From NCBI GenBank assembly GCA_012295275.1, contig CM022673.1:12586001-12650000 (forward strand): 64,000 bases of DNA, written 5' to 3'. Under the pieces are notes generated by a model, which had not been told where the DNA came from, made no database searches, and saw only the letters and a program-made list of their open reading frames with translations. Position 1 is the stretch's first letter, and every line of letters starts with the position of its first letter. Source of the stretch: Chrysomallon squamiferum. Taxonomy: Eukaryota > Animalia > Mollusca. The translations under genes and the position numbers were made by a program. Shown here in pieces: positions 27,697 to 41,761 of this stretch.

Positions 27697-30660
27697 CAGT
27701 AGTAGTAATAGCTGCAGCAGTAATTGCTGTTGCTCTTATTTGTAGTAATAACTATGGACGTGGTCGCTGATGTTGTAATTGTAGTACAATAGAAATTAAG
27801 AAGTATTAGCAGATGTACTGTTCGTTTTATTTATTTATTTATTTATTTAGTTAATTATTTATTTATTCACACACTCACACGCACATATTTATAAATATTA
27901 ATGTCGGTGTAAGTGAGTGTGTGAATAAATAAATAAATAAATAAATAAATAAAAGTAAAATGGTAAAAGCTGTCAGGGTTACCCCAAGAATAACAACAAT
28001 GTTCACAATTTAATAATTAAGTGTATTCTTTTACAACAACAACGACGATGACGACAATAAAAACGATGATGATGATGGTGATGATTACTATTATTATTAT
28101 TATTATTACTCCTGTTGTAACTGCTTATTTATTGTTGCATTAGCATTATTATTGTTATTGTTGTTGTCGTTGTCGTTGTTGTTGTTGCTATTGTTTTTGT
28201 TGCTGCTGCGGCTTCCTTTGTAATAATAAAAGGGAATTATGCAAATAAAATTCTTTCAGACATTTCTGTGATAACAGGAGTAGATGAAGAATAATAAAGA
28301 TGAGGATTTGTAAAATAAATAAAATTTATCAGGTGATATTTTGTATAATAATTTAGAAATGTATCAAATAAACTATTCAGATAATGAAATGATTATTTTC
28401 TACCTTAAATTGTGACTCTCCTACCCGCCTTTGTTATTCGTTTGTATGAGATAACGTTATTGACGTCATATTTGTTCGGGTATTTCCGTAGTGGCACATA
28501 CATTTATTTGTTTATTTATTCTTTTTACTACTTTTATCTTTATTTTTATTATTATATAATTAATATATACATGACCTTTTTTGAAAATATATATGATATT
28601 GAAAAATAAATAAATAAATAAAACAGAAGTGTAACTGTACATAAAAGGGTTTTTAACTTTATGAATATTATTTTAATTAGTTTAAGTGTTATACATCGCG
28701 AACTGTTGTCCCCAAACACTGTGGAAAGTGCGGTCCTGTCTATAGCAATGGTGTTATTATTAAACAGTGCTACTCTCAGACAGACGGAACAAAATTAAAC
28801 GTGCTAATCAGAGCGAGATGTTGTGAAGACGTCTACGACGGGCACGCTCTTTCTGACAAGCCAGGGGGCGTGTCTGTCGCAAGTGGTACTAAACGCAAGG
28901 CCAGTTTTATTATAGATAAGTATAGCTAACTCTGAACTGCATCATTACTGTCATAATAATTAATACGTTATTACTCAATTAAATGATAAATAAGTAAATA
29001 AATACATTTAACGTGTATTTATTTGTTAATTTACATAAATAAATAATTAAACGTTTAATAAAAACAAGTAATAAATCCATAAATAACAAATGAACGATAA
29101 TTAAATAAACAAATAAACAATAAATAAATAAACATACAAACAAAAAACAAATAAATATATAAACAAAAAATCAACAACAAATAACTAACCAAGATACTAA
29201 ATACTTAAATAAACAAACAAACAAACAAACAAACAAACAAACAAACAAACAAACAAACAAAATAAAAAAATAAAAAAAAAAAATCTCTAAGCACTTAAAT
29301 GTACACGAATCTCCATGTACATACAATAAGACAAAATTATCTCTATTATTATCGTAAACAGACAACACTGGTCACCTGGTTACACAACACTGTTATATAT
29401 CATTACTGTGAACACAAGACGCTGTGATAAATTTTACACAACATACATTTGTGGTCACCTTCTCTTACGATAAGATAGACTTACATAATTATTACAAGTA
29501 AGCGGTGTGATTCCAAAGATAGAAGATTATGTGAAAATTACGCGGAGTCTCTGAGATAATTATCTAGTTAACGTGAAACAAAATACAAAATGACCGCGAA
29601 CACGCAACGTTATAACACAACAGAGTGTGCCTGCTTTTATTACTTAGCTTTAACATAATAGTGTATGCGATAAACAAACTATATACTTACACACAATAAT
29701 GTACTGTTATAATCAGCTATTATGAAATATATACATTTTTACAGAAAGATACGTACACACACACATGCATATACGTACACATATACATGCATATACACAC
29801 ACACATACACACACACGTCTACAAATATATTCATTACATACACTCATATATATATATATATATATGTGTGTGTGTATGTATGTATGTATGTATATATACA
29901 TACATACACATATACATGCACACATATACATACATAGATATAGTTGGATTTTTTTCGGGTTCTACAAATATTATTACATTCTAGTAGTTTCTGTAACAAA
30001 CTGAAAACAAAATTCTCTGCTGTCTCTTAAACAAAACAAAAAACTCGCACATTCACCTACCTCGTTACACAACAACGACGACGTCACCTAGCTTGAGAGC
30101 AACGTTCCCACTCACAGTCCGCTCTCTGCGTCGTCACTCACGAAATTCGTGTCCGGATATTTCCAGGTAAAGTATAAGAAATCTATCGTGCGCCCATCGA
30201 TCAGAGAGAGAAAAACGATTTTACAGTTTGCTCTTCCACAAAAACTGAAACGTGATAGTGCTCGGTCGACATAACTAGCAGTACGTGTAGATGTTAAAAG
30301 TTTATAACTGTGAAACAGGATGACGAGATGTGATATATTTGTACGTTTAGTAATTAAAGGTTATACGTTTTTGTTTATGTGTATATGCTGTGTGTTGGCA
30401 TAGTAAGAAGAACTGTATGTTTTTGTAGGTATGATCATTTAAGGAATATGTTTTTAGATATAATAATTAAGATATTCTGTAGGTATAATAATTTAAGGAA
30501 TACTGTGTGGATATAGAAGAGAATTCCGAAGGAGACTGTTTTAGAACTTTCTTATAAACAGTTATATAATATTTGTGAATTTTCTTTCTTTGCTTTTTTC
30601 TTCTTTCTTTCTCTTTTCTGTTTTCTTTCTCAGTTTATCCCTCTGTCTTTGTCTCTATTT

Positions 30661-30664
<4 letters not shown>

Positions 30665-30738
<74 letters not shown>

Positions 30739-30980
30739 ATCTTTATATATATATATATGTATTATTTATGTATGTGTATGTTAATCACTATGTATGTATG
30801 TATGTATGTATGTATGTATGTATGTGTATGTATATATATGTATGTATGTATGTATGTTTATGTGTATGTATGTATGTATGTATGTTTATGTGTGTGTGTG
30901 TATGTATGTATGTATGTATGTATGTATGTATGTATGTATGTATGTATGTATGTATGTATGTATGTATGTATGTATGTGTG
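30665..30980 (+). repeat. (CT)n followed by (TATG)n microsatellites
   Basis: Seen directly. Confidence 0.95.
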
Positions 30981-32066
30981 TGGCGCCGTGTTCCCGACAG
31001 AACGATGATTTATTTTGAGCATGGTGTTTATTTTTTTAACAGTAAAAGTTAAGTACAGACTCTCGTTATCTTTTTAAAAATGTTTTCCACATTCCTTCAA
31101 AATGCCGAGTCGCGCAGAACGATGATAATTTTGATTTTGTTGTTTATTTATTTAACAAAAAAAAAAAAAAAAAAAAAAAAACGTTGCCTATTGCCATCAT
31201 CTATGATTCGATCCGTTTAGGCTGTTTTAATTCTGAAACATACAGATAGACAGACACACCCACAGACACCCACACGGACACAGACGGACACATACTTGCA
31301 TGTACATACCACAAGAAAAACAACGACAGTCACTTTAAATTTAAGTTCAACGACCTTTCGAGGTTGTCAAAATGAGAGCAGAAGACGAGAAATTATAAAC
31401 ATATTGTATTACTGACTTCATCGTTAGTTCAGAGACATCGAGTATTTATGACACACGTTACGAAGAATTAACTGAATATTTTACACATAAAATTTTGTCT
31501 CCGATGACACTGAGTTATTGTTTGTCACTGACATCGATCGGTCAAAATTTCTATTCGTTTTAAGGAAGATAAATTGATTCATTTTTTTTATCGGATGAGA
31601 GTTGTCTTCCCGGTCAGTAACCCGGATGTAAACAAAAAAAAATGTAGGAGTATAAAAATACTGATGGTATTTGTTTTCTTCTGTGAAACCAAGATTGTAA
31701 CGAAACAAAAACTGTTTTGTAGAATTTAGTAAGGATGCAAGATCATGGTCGAAGAAACATGATAGTTTGTTTTCTTTAAGCACGCGGCTAGGACAAACCG
31801 ATTAAAAATCTGTTTCCTGCTTTTAAATATAAAACTCTTGTTCAGCGATGTCGTCACTACACAGAATACACAGAAGAAATTTCTAACATTGACTGTTGAA
31901 CAATAAATATGTCTTCAGTGATGACACAAGACGTCACTGTTTGTCTCAATACCAGATGTAGTGATAAATGTTTAGATATTTCTATTAACAGCCAGATATT
32001 TGTTGAATACATTATCTTGTAGACCTGAAGCCATGGCCTTTACTATTATTATTTATTCAGTCAATC

Positions 32067-32097
<31 letters not shown>

Positions 32098-32182
32098 TTT
32101 TTGATTTATGGGAGTTTTTATTACATAATTTTGAAATTATAGGAAGAAACACACGTATGTACGTATGTATGTGCATGTATTT

Positions 32183-32256
32183 TAGGATTTGAATATTACG
32201 GCACCCAGTCACACGCACTCCGAAGTCTGACGATGTTACCGTGCGGCCATCATGAC
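32183..32256 (-). pseudogene. Decayed tRNA-Leu-like relic or tRNA-derived SINE head
   Basis: Minus strand GTCATGATGGCCGCACGGTAACATCGTCAGACT...ATTCAAATCC resembles the eukaryotic tRNA-Leu 5' end GTCAGGATGGCCGAGTGGTCTAAGGCGCCAGACT plus a degenerate B box. There is no intact acceptor stem. Confidence 0.45.
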
Positions 32257-34914
32257 AACTTTCTGTGTGTGCGTGTCTTTATCTGTGATTATGTATGTGT
32301 GTAAATTTATTTATGCATGTACGCATGTTTGTATATATGTGTGTATGTATTTGCAATGTATTTGCATTTATTTTAGAATTACGCTCTTGTTTCTCTTTTA
32401 AATTTATCAGTACAGTTTGTGTTAATTTTCATTACGTCTAAGTCAAGGTTTTACGTAACATTAAGCCAGTGTTACACATAATAGGTCGATACAGCACTGA
32501 GATTGAAAATATAACATTGACGTGACGCAGTCAACAGTAATAACGATCAACGGCTAACACATCCGAAGTGTTACGAAAACGCACGAATGTGTGATACGAT
32601 CACGCTCAAAGATGACGAGAAATTTAGGTAGGTTTTACACGCGAGATTAACAGATATTTTATTCAGTGGCTTTCGTGCGAGTTTATATAAATCTTCTCTG
32701 GCTTGTACAGATTACAGCAATCATCTGGCAAAAATAAAATAAAATTGTTAAACGAAATTTACAGCTGGACGAAAAGAAAAGAAAAGAAGGTTAATAACAG
32801 GAAAAGAAAAGAAAAAAACGAAGTTGAGAAAAAGATTAAGGTAAATTTGAATTATGGTCATATTATATTTCATGATCTTCTGTAATTAAATTCAAAAATG
32901 GGATGGGTTCGCGTGACATAGTTATTTTTTGAAGTTTGTTTCCTTTCTTTCTTTCTTTCTTTTCATTTGTTGTACAGAAAATACCTATTTGTCTTTGTAT
33001 ATGTGCATGTGTTTCTATGTATGTAAATATATGAGTATAAGTGTTTTGTATGTGTATGTAAGTGTGCTTGTGTGTGTCTGTGAGTATTTGTATTTATATC
33101 TGTTTATATACGTGTGTATCTTTATGTGTGCATATGTTTGTCTATATATTTTCATCTAAAATTATTTTCTATGATGTATTGTATATGTATTCTATTATTT
33201 TCTATGAACAAGAAAAACATATATAAATTAACTTACAATCTAAAAATAACTGTATGACATTTCAGCTAATAAAATATTCATACGGTAATGAGGAAGTTTC
33301 TTTAAGTACTCTACTAAAGAGTTTAAAAATATATAATAATAAGAAAAAATAACCATAGGAACAACAATACTAATGATGATGATGATGATCATAATAATGA
33401 TTATCATAATGATTATGATGGAGAAGTCGATGATGATACAAAAACAACAGCAACTTCGTGCATGTGATGACGTACAACTATTAGTGTTTAAACGGTGCTC
33501 TAGTTATTACTACTGTTGTTGTTGTTGTTGTTGTTTTTGTCTCTTTATTTTAAACAAATAATCTGTCGCTTTGTTATCTTTCAAGTGTTCAGTTCCTAAA
33601 TCTACATTTTTCAAAAACAAACTGTGGAATATTTGGAGTAAGGCCAACGCAGTTTTATAACTCGATACAGAGCGGCGTGTTTGAGTTTTGTTATTTTTAC
33701 TCGTCTGTGTATTTCTTCTAGTTATCATTTCAACTAGGATGAGGCGAGATAAATAAATTGTCTGTCTGTCTGTCTGTCTGTGAATAAAGTATATGGAGTT
33801 ATGTAACATCATTCAGTGCAGTATTGCATGTTACAGTTTCATTATTAATACTGTTTCTGTGTATATGCTGCATTTTCTGTTCTGCTGAAATGAAGTGAAA
33901 TAAAAATCTTATTTTTCTCTGTCTGTCTGTCTGACTCTCTGTAACTAACGTAAACGGCGCACTGTCATATTTATTCAGTAAGGAATAACTATTTTTATTC
34001 GTACACACTCACACACAACACACACATTATAGATACATCCACATATAGATACATAGCGCATACACATAGACACACACATCTTACATACATATACACAAAC
34101 ATAAACAAATACATACACATTAACACATACACACAAGTACACATAGCATATATCACACACACATAAATACACACCACACTCACATGCAAACACTACACAC
34201 ATACACACATCATACTCATACACACATCATACTCATACACACACATATTCTACAATAACAAGGTCAGGACTATTTCATAGTGTTTCTGTCATTCTTATTG
34301 CTGAATATGTAGCAATTTGTCACAATTCTTTTATTTGTACTGTCTGTCTTTTACGTTGTACGTTTTCTTTTACAGCAAGGACGTGACTAATAAACTCTCC
34401 TTTGTCTCTCTCGTTTCATTTCAAATAGCTGCATTATAGTCTCTATTCTTTAATAATTAATTTATGTGTGTGGATAATAAATTTCTGTCCGTCCATGACT
34501 TTCAAATGGCGTGCAGTTTATTCCTTCTATTAGGGGACAATTGTAAGAAAATGTTTCATTGCCAAAACAATTAAAAATCAATACCCTCTCTTCACGTGAC
34601 AATTACTGTAAATATGAAATCACTCTGCGTTGAAAATCAGAAATTATTTTACATAATGGTCGTATTCTTCGTGCTTTTTTTTTTTTTTTTTTTTTTTATT
34701 TTATATATATAAACGAGTTTTTGTTATTTCAGATCTCCTGCTCTACGGATTGTCCTAATGTTTTGTTATTTTATATCCACCATTTAAATAAGAACATATT
34801 CATAATAAAAACAACTCTTTTATTTATTTCATCTAAAACACTGAAATGACAACAATATAAAAAAAAAAACAACTACAACAACAAGAGTGAATATGAAGAT
34901 TTCATTAAATATAC

Positions 34915-35090
34915 CATTAACATACAAATTTTTCCGTGTAATGGTTAAAGGTCCTCATTATTGTTGACGTAATGTCATTATTTATTTTACTTTTCTTATA
35001 CTACGGCATTAACTATACAAATCGTGCGTTTCCGTGTAATGGTTAAAGGTCAATGTACATGTAGTGTTGACGTCATGTCATTATTTATTT
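34915..35090 (+). repeat. Local diverged tandem duplication (~95 bp period)
   Basis: TTTCCGTGTAATGGTTAAAGGTC ... TGTTGACGT(A/C)ATGTCATTATTTATTT occurs twice. Confidence 0.85.
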
Positions 35091-35223
35091 ACTTACTTAC
35101 TTGCTTGCTTGCTTACTTACTTACTTACTTACTTGCTTGCTTGCTTACTTGCTTGCTTGCTTACTTGCTTGCTTGCTTACTTACTTGCTTGCTTGCTTAC
35201 TTGCTTGTTTGCTTGCTTGCTTA
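35088..35223 (+). repeat. (CTTA/CTTG)n tetranucleotide array
   Basis: Seen directly. Confidence 0.95.
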
Positions 35224-35699
35224 TGTATTTAGTTATTTCTTCATTGTTATTCTTCTTGTTTATTTACTTTGGTTCAATTGTTCCTAATCTTGTTGTTTTT
35301 GTTAATATATATATAGTTTTTTTCATTTCATTTACTGTTGTTACTGTTTATTATTATTATTATTATTATGTAATCAAAGTGTTCTATTTAAATTTAACAT
35401 CGTCCGCATTTCACCCCAACCTATTTTTAATAATAATTATTGAGTCACGGCGAATTCCGGCGTCGCCTTTAGCAGACACGTTCGGTGTCGCAAACTTGAT
35501 GCCGCTGATGTCGTTGCCGTTTTCGGCACTAACGCTGCCCCACTGACCTTTTATTGCGTCATAGATGATACTATTTTCAAAACCCCAGTTTTCGTACTGT
35601 TTCGAAATATCCTATAGCAAATATCTGGCTCGGAGGCAGACGAGTTAGATGTCTTATTTACCTTTTACAGACATATTAACGAACCTTATCAACCGACTC

Positions 35700-35765
35700 T
35701 GACTATGGATCAGTGGTTAGAGCGTTCGCTTTTTTTTTGAGCAAAAAGTTCCAGGATCAATTCTC
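35700..35765 (+). mobile_element. tRNA-derived SINE head relic
   Basis: GACTATGGATCAGTGGTTAGAGCGTTCGC ... CCAGGATCAATTC (A-box-like and B-box-like). Confidence 0.45.
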
Positions 35766-36899
35766 TTTCGACTATTCTTTGATCATTTAGCGCGGTGGTC
35801 ATTAAAATTATTTACATTTCGTAAAGAGTAATTGAAGTAAGTTGTGAACAATAATTATACAATTATCCATTTTGTCTCTTTTAATTTACTAACAGCAGAA
35901 ACGCATCACGTGACAGTCGTCGTCCTTTTATTATTCGTCATCAAAACCGCGACCAATTTATCCGGCAGGTTCGGGTCCCGGAGAAGGACCCGGATTTCTC
36001 GATTACCCGGATAACTAACTGTACCAAGACTTCATTGTGATACATTTAAAACTGTATTTAACAGATAAAATGTAATATACTTCTAATGCGGGTTGTCTGA
36101 AAGTTGGATGAATTATCTGTATAATTTACCTGTTTCGAGAAATTTCATCCAGATAATTATTATTACTACTACTTTGTTATTTTAAAATAGTATCATCAAT
36201 ATGTAATAGTCACCATTTTCATATTATCGTTATTATTATCATCATCATTATCATCACCATCAGCATTATCATCATCATTATTATCATCATCATCATCATC
36301 ATCATCTGTTCATTATATTCTGGATCCACGACTCCGTAATTTTTAGACATTTGTGTTAAATAATTTATAACATTCTCGCTGTTAAAAATATTTTGTTTCT
36401 GAAAATGACGGTATTGTATCTGAAACTGGAGATTTCAAAATGCCCCACATCATCGGTTATAATTAATGTGACGTTTTGATCTTTTTTCTAAAACAAAAGC
36501 TAGAATTTCTTTGACATTTACTGAGTAAAAAAGCAAATATAAATCTCTGACGTCATATGGAAGTAGGTCTTCATCTTTTCCTGGTTTCATATCATAGTAT
36601 CCTTTGCAGTTTAGTGCGGATATACCAAAACGCAGAGGCTGATCAAGATTTGTTAGGCGGGGGAGAAGAAACATTTTACGACAGTTGAAGGATTACAATT
36701 ATAAAAAACGTGTGGTATTAAAGTAGTTGTTGTAGTAAAGGTGTGAAGACGTAGGCAGCGTTGAATCTGTTACTGATTATGAATAATTATTTTAAAAAAA
36801 TAATATTAAAGTTTTGCTGTAATATGTTGAGAGTGTGGATTTACATTTTGTTATCATAATTATACAATAATATAAAAATTAAAAAATAACAACAAAACA

Positions 36900-37325
36900 A
36901 ATACATATGTCGCATCTAGTAATGGTTAATATAAAAATAACCGATAATTTATAAATGCGATAATTGTTTATATTGATATAACAAACCAGTTTAATATAAA
37001 ATAAACGTTAGTACTGAAATAATGGTCAATATTAAATATAACAAGCGGTAATATTAATGTGATAATCATTTATTGTAAATTAATTATCGTTAATATTAAT
37101 ATTTTGACTGTTAATATAAATACAGAGCTCATTAAAATTAATATATAAATAATTATTAATATTAATATAATAAGTAATCATTGATATAATAAACATTAAT
37201 ATAATATTAATACCAGTGCAATACGTAATCATTAATATTAATATAATAAGTTGTCATTAACATGATTACAGTTAACATTTATATAATAACCGTTAATATT
37301 AATATAATAAATCGTTATTATTAAA
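36900..37325. repeat. Very AT-rich degenerate ~20-22 bp repeat built on TTAATAT(A/T)AA
   Basis: Recurrent GTTAATATAAAATAA / CATTAATATTAATATAAT motifs. Confidence 0.7.
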
Positions 37326-38711
37326 CGTACATTTACTCAGTTAACTCTGACGACGTCATCGACGTCTGCAGTGTTACAAAACCACTTAACGCCCACAGAA
37401 AAACCCGTCACTTTTCAATCAGCGATGACAACATATTCGTTATTAGTTATCATTCACGATTACTTTTCACAGCTCGTGTTAAACATCATCCCACACCCTC
37501 CCCGATTTCCGATTCCATCAGCACATGGACAAATAATCTTAATTTTGATGTCCAACAACAAAAACATGAAGCTGTATTCAAAAAAAAAAAAAGAACGAAA
37601 CCATCTCTGAAACCGGTTTAAAAGATTCGTCATAAGAACGGAATACCAGTATAAGATAAACACAGACCCCGCATTATATACTTCATATCAGTATCTAATC
37701 TTTTAAAAAAAAAAAAAAAAAATGTCAAATTAGAAGAAATTTTCTTCATCACCCTCAGCCTATTCACCTAATTAAAGATGACCACCGCGTCTAGATGTGT
37801 CCGAAAGTCCGTCTGTCGTCGTTAGTCGTTAACGAAGTAAAATCATTACAAAAACGAATCGGGACAGACTGTTAACGATACACTTGAAGAAACTCTTGTA
37901 ACAAAGCGCAGTTCTATAATAAAGCTTCCCTAGATTGGAAGAGATGTGTAATTATAACTCTCCCTGCCAATCAGTCGCTGCGGGTTTCTTTCCTCAGACG
38001 ACAGGAAGAAAAATCCTTTTTCTTTGTGGCAAATTACCGCCGTAGTTTCGAAGATTTCGTCTGATGCGTGCTTGCGGCTTTGGGTTGAGTCTGCCGCACG
38101 GACCTCGCCAGGCTTGCAGACAGTTTTCTGCAGATAACGAGTGGGGAAAATGTTCTCATATAAATAATTTACTAGGCTAATCGTGTTATCAGCAGCTGTC
38201 TGGCAAAGCTTAAGAAGATGAATCAAGTTACCTTCAGTCTTCGGTTTTCTTATTTCTCTAAAACACCTTTAAACTAGTGCCGTTTGGTTTGTTGGTTACA
38301 GCTTTCGCATCAAGTGTGATTTGGATGCATGAATGGTTATCCTTGGTATAATTGATTCATGGCTTGAACATACACATCCTTGTCCTTTTGAGTCCACTTT
38401 AGTAACACTGTCTGTATAATTATAACTTTACATTATTTCTGCTCCAAGTATGTATCTTTCTAAGGTCTATAACAAGCCTTGATTTTCATTCAATTAAAAA
38501 AAAAAAAAAAAAGAAAGAAATTAATTAAAATGTGTTATTTTTATAATTTCTTTCCACATAGATACCGTTCGAAAAAAATAAATATCCCTGTTTCCGTCAG
38601 TGTTGCAGTGATGGTAATATGACCATCATGGTGCCTTTAATACAAACATTATCAAATTATATCTGCGCTATATAAAATGACGTTTTTGTTTTTTCATATA
38701 ATATGGTCAGC

Positions 38712-38743
<32 letters not shown>

Positions 38744-39730
38744 CGTCCTTGGCGAGCTGGACTCTCGCGTCTTGCCTCCGACCAAACGTATTACGTCTGC
38801 TACCGAAATCAGCAAAACCCGCCAAAACTAGCGCCGAGCAGCAATTTCCGGCAGTATCGTTTGTCTTCGGATTCCATGAATATTTGTATGGCGAGATTAG
38901 CGAGGATGAATCAATGCATAGAAATGTGTGAGAGACACACAGGTGACTGAACACGTGATCCCTTCTTTGCCAGAGACTTGTTAGTGTGAATTTACACTCA
39001 CTCTGTTATACAGGTCACGTACATATATACATTACAAACATACACACACACACACACACACATATATATACACACACACATACATACATACATATATATA
39101 TATATACATATATATATCCAAATATACACACACACACATACATACATACATACATACATACATACATACATACACATACGTATACATACATACACATATT
39201 ACACACACACGTACATACACACACATATACATTATACATTCATACACATACATACACACATATATACAAAACGATATCATTAGAGGATAAAATTAAAGTG
39301 TAATTTTATAAGAGTAGCTGAGTAGAATTGGAAATTTGCTACTGTGTACTAAAATAACAACACTGTGACCCGTCATGCCTACATGAAACAGAAGGCAAAT
39401 TGCGAAAGAAATGTTTTACATCACCATAAATCTTCACATAACTGAAAGACATAACTTATTATTTATCTGGAGTAATGATGTTTTTCATATATACAGCATA
39501 GTTGATTTGCATATAATATATGGATTTATAAGCATCAACTACATTCTGTATATACAAGTCAACTATGTTGTATGTTTGTGTGTGTGTGTCTGCGAGTGTG
39601 TGTGTTTGTGTATATGAGTGAGTGTGTGTGTGTGTGTGAGTGTGTGAGTGTGTATGTGTGCGAGGGTGTGTGTCTGTGACTGTGTGTGTGTGTGAGTGTG
39701 TGTGTGTGTGTGTACGAGTGTGCGTGTGTA

Positions 39731-39769
<39 letters not shown>

Positions 39770-40523
39770 GGACATAACAATATGGGTAGAGTTAAATGAC
39801 AGTTTCATTTGATTCCAAGAAAACATCGTAAGTATAATTAAAAGTCAAATATTTATGTTCACAAAATAAATTAACAGTAGATTATAATCTACACCATCTA
39901 TACATTTTACGTCAAACAGTATTACCACCCAATCAGAAACCGTGTTTTATTTACCTCGCATCTCGCACTCTGACCGGAAACTGTGTCGTTGCAGACGGCA
40001 GCCTACATGTCGCGTGCCGTTTAATCCTCAGTAGGTGTGCTGATGCGTTATCGATTTTATTCTAAACATTCTTTCTTCCTTTTCTGCCACAAATTAAATG
40101 TCTTCTTCGTACTTCAGATATAAACAAAAATCCCAATTATAGTATACGGTAAATTATTGGACTTTTAATCATTACTTGCAAAGCTTTGAGTACGTTAGTA
40201 ATTAGGCTTCTGATGAAAAGTAATTTACTCGTTTCTTTGGCGATTTCTTTTCATTTTTTCATTTTTTTTTTTCTTTTTTTAATTAACTACTTATAATGCT
40301 TAAAACAGAAAAATTCATAATCCGATTTTACGACTGAATTTCTCAGTACATCAAAAAAGATTAAAAATCGGAAAATAAAACTGTTTTTAATGTTTTTCAC
40401 TAGTTTTTCTTCTTGTGAACTCGATTACCATGCATTTCTAATAATATATGTCTGTACTCTCACTACCCCTTCCTCCCTCCCCCTTCCTCCCTCCCTCCTC
40501 TCTATCTGTCTGTCTGTCTGTCT

Positions 40524-40633
<110 letters not shown>

Positions 40634-41559
40634 CTTCTAGCAGCAGTTTAACAGTAATGAATCTATACATACTTTTATGTTCACGATTGTTAGGTGACAG
40701 TGAAATGTCTATTTCTTTTCTCTTCTTGTTTTATTAATAGTAATAATAATAGTTGTGTTGTATTTTTGTTGATGGTCGTGATGGTGGTAGTGGCGGTGAT
40801 AGTGGTAGTGGTTGTTCTTGCTACTGGTGATTTTGCCGTCGTTGTTCTGCTAGTTGCAGTATTAGTAATTGTAGAAGTAATTCAAATCGTTGCAGTTTTT
40901 TTGCTGTAGTTGTCATGCTAGTTCTAATAGTAGTAATAGTAGTAGAAGTAGTAGTAGCAGTACAGTAGCAGTACTAGTCGTAGTTGTTGTATTAATAGTA
41001 GTAATAGTTTAAGTTATTGTACTGATGATGATGATATATATAATTTCAATATTTTATTATTAACCTATATATATATATAGGTTAATAAAAAAAATATTGA
41101 AATTATAAAATTAAGTTAACGAACATGTCATACATCTGTATAAATATAGAAAACATTTTATTTCTTTTTCTCGTGATAAATTACGTAACAGCTTCTTTTG
41201 AAACAAAACCTGACTTTTTCCCGTGCCTTGTGGCGCCTGGATTACTGACAATAAAGCCTATTAAAGTGTTTTGGTGCCTGCAAAAATCTGTTTACGCAAA
41301 GCTCTAATGACGACGTGACAATGGAACACGGCACTGCATGCCTGATGGACATTCGAATATTGATAATGTACTTGTAGAAAGCGAAAGAGAAAAAAAAAGA
41401 AGAGTTAAATAGAAACAACATGAGCAAAAAACTAATTAACAAAGGTTTCTTCCTTTACGTAATTTCTTTTTCGTCATCATCTTCTTCTTGTTTTGTGTTT
41501 TTGTTTTTTTTATAATTGAAACAGCAAACGTCTGTAAAGTGCATCAGTATGAGAATTTG

Positions 41560-41612
41560 AGTGTAGCCCAGTGGTTAGAATGCTCGAAAGAATCGTGAGA
41601 TTAAGTTTCGAT
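41560..41612 (+). mobile_element. tRNA-derived SINE head relic (a matching core fragment lies at 41984..42007)
   Basis: GTGTAGCCCAGTGGTTAGAATGCTCG A-box head; TATTTCCTGTTCCATCCAGTGCTC lies about 400 bp downstream, beyond intervening microsatellites. Confidence 0.5.
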
Positions 41613-41705
41613 GTATTTATTGGATTATGTTGTTGCTGTTCGTTATTCTTTTCTTTTGCTTTTTTTTATTTATTTTATTTTATTTTATTTATTTATTTAT
41701 TTATG

Positions 41706-41761
<56 letters not shown>

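Noticed and set aside
32183-32256. Functional tRNA gene
   Set aside because: The acceptor stem and T-arm cannot be formed and the B box is mutated. Kept only as a relic.
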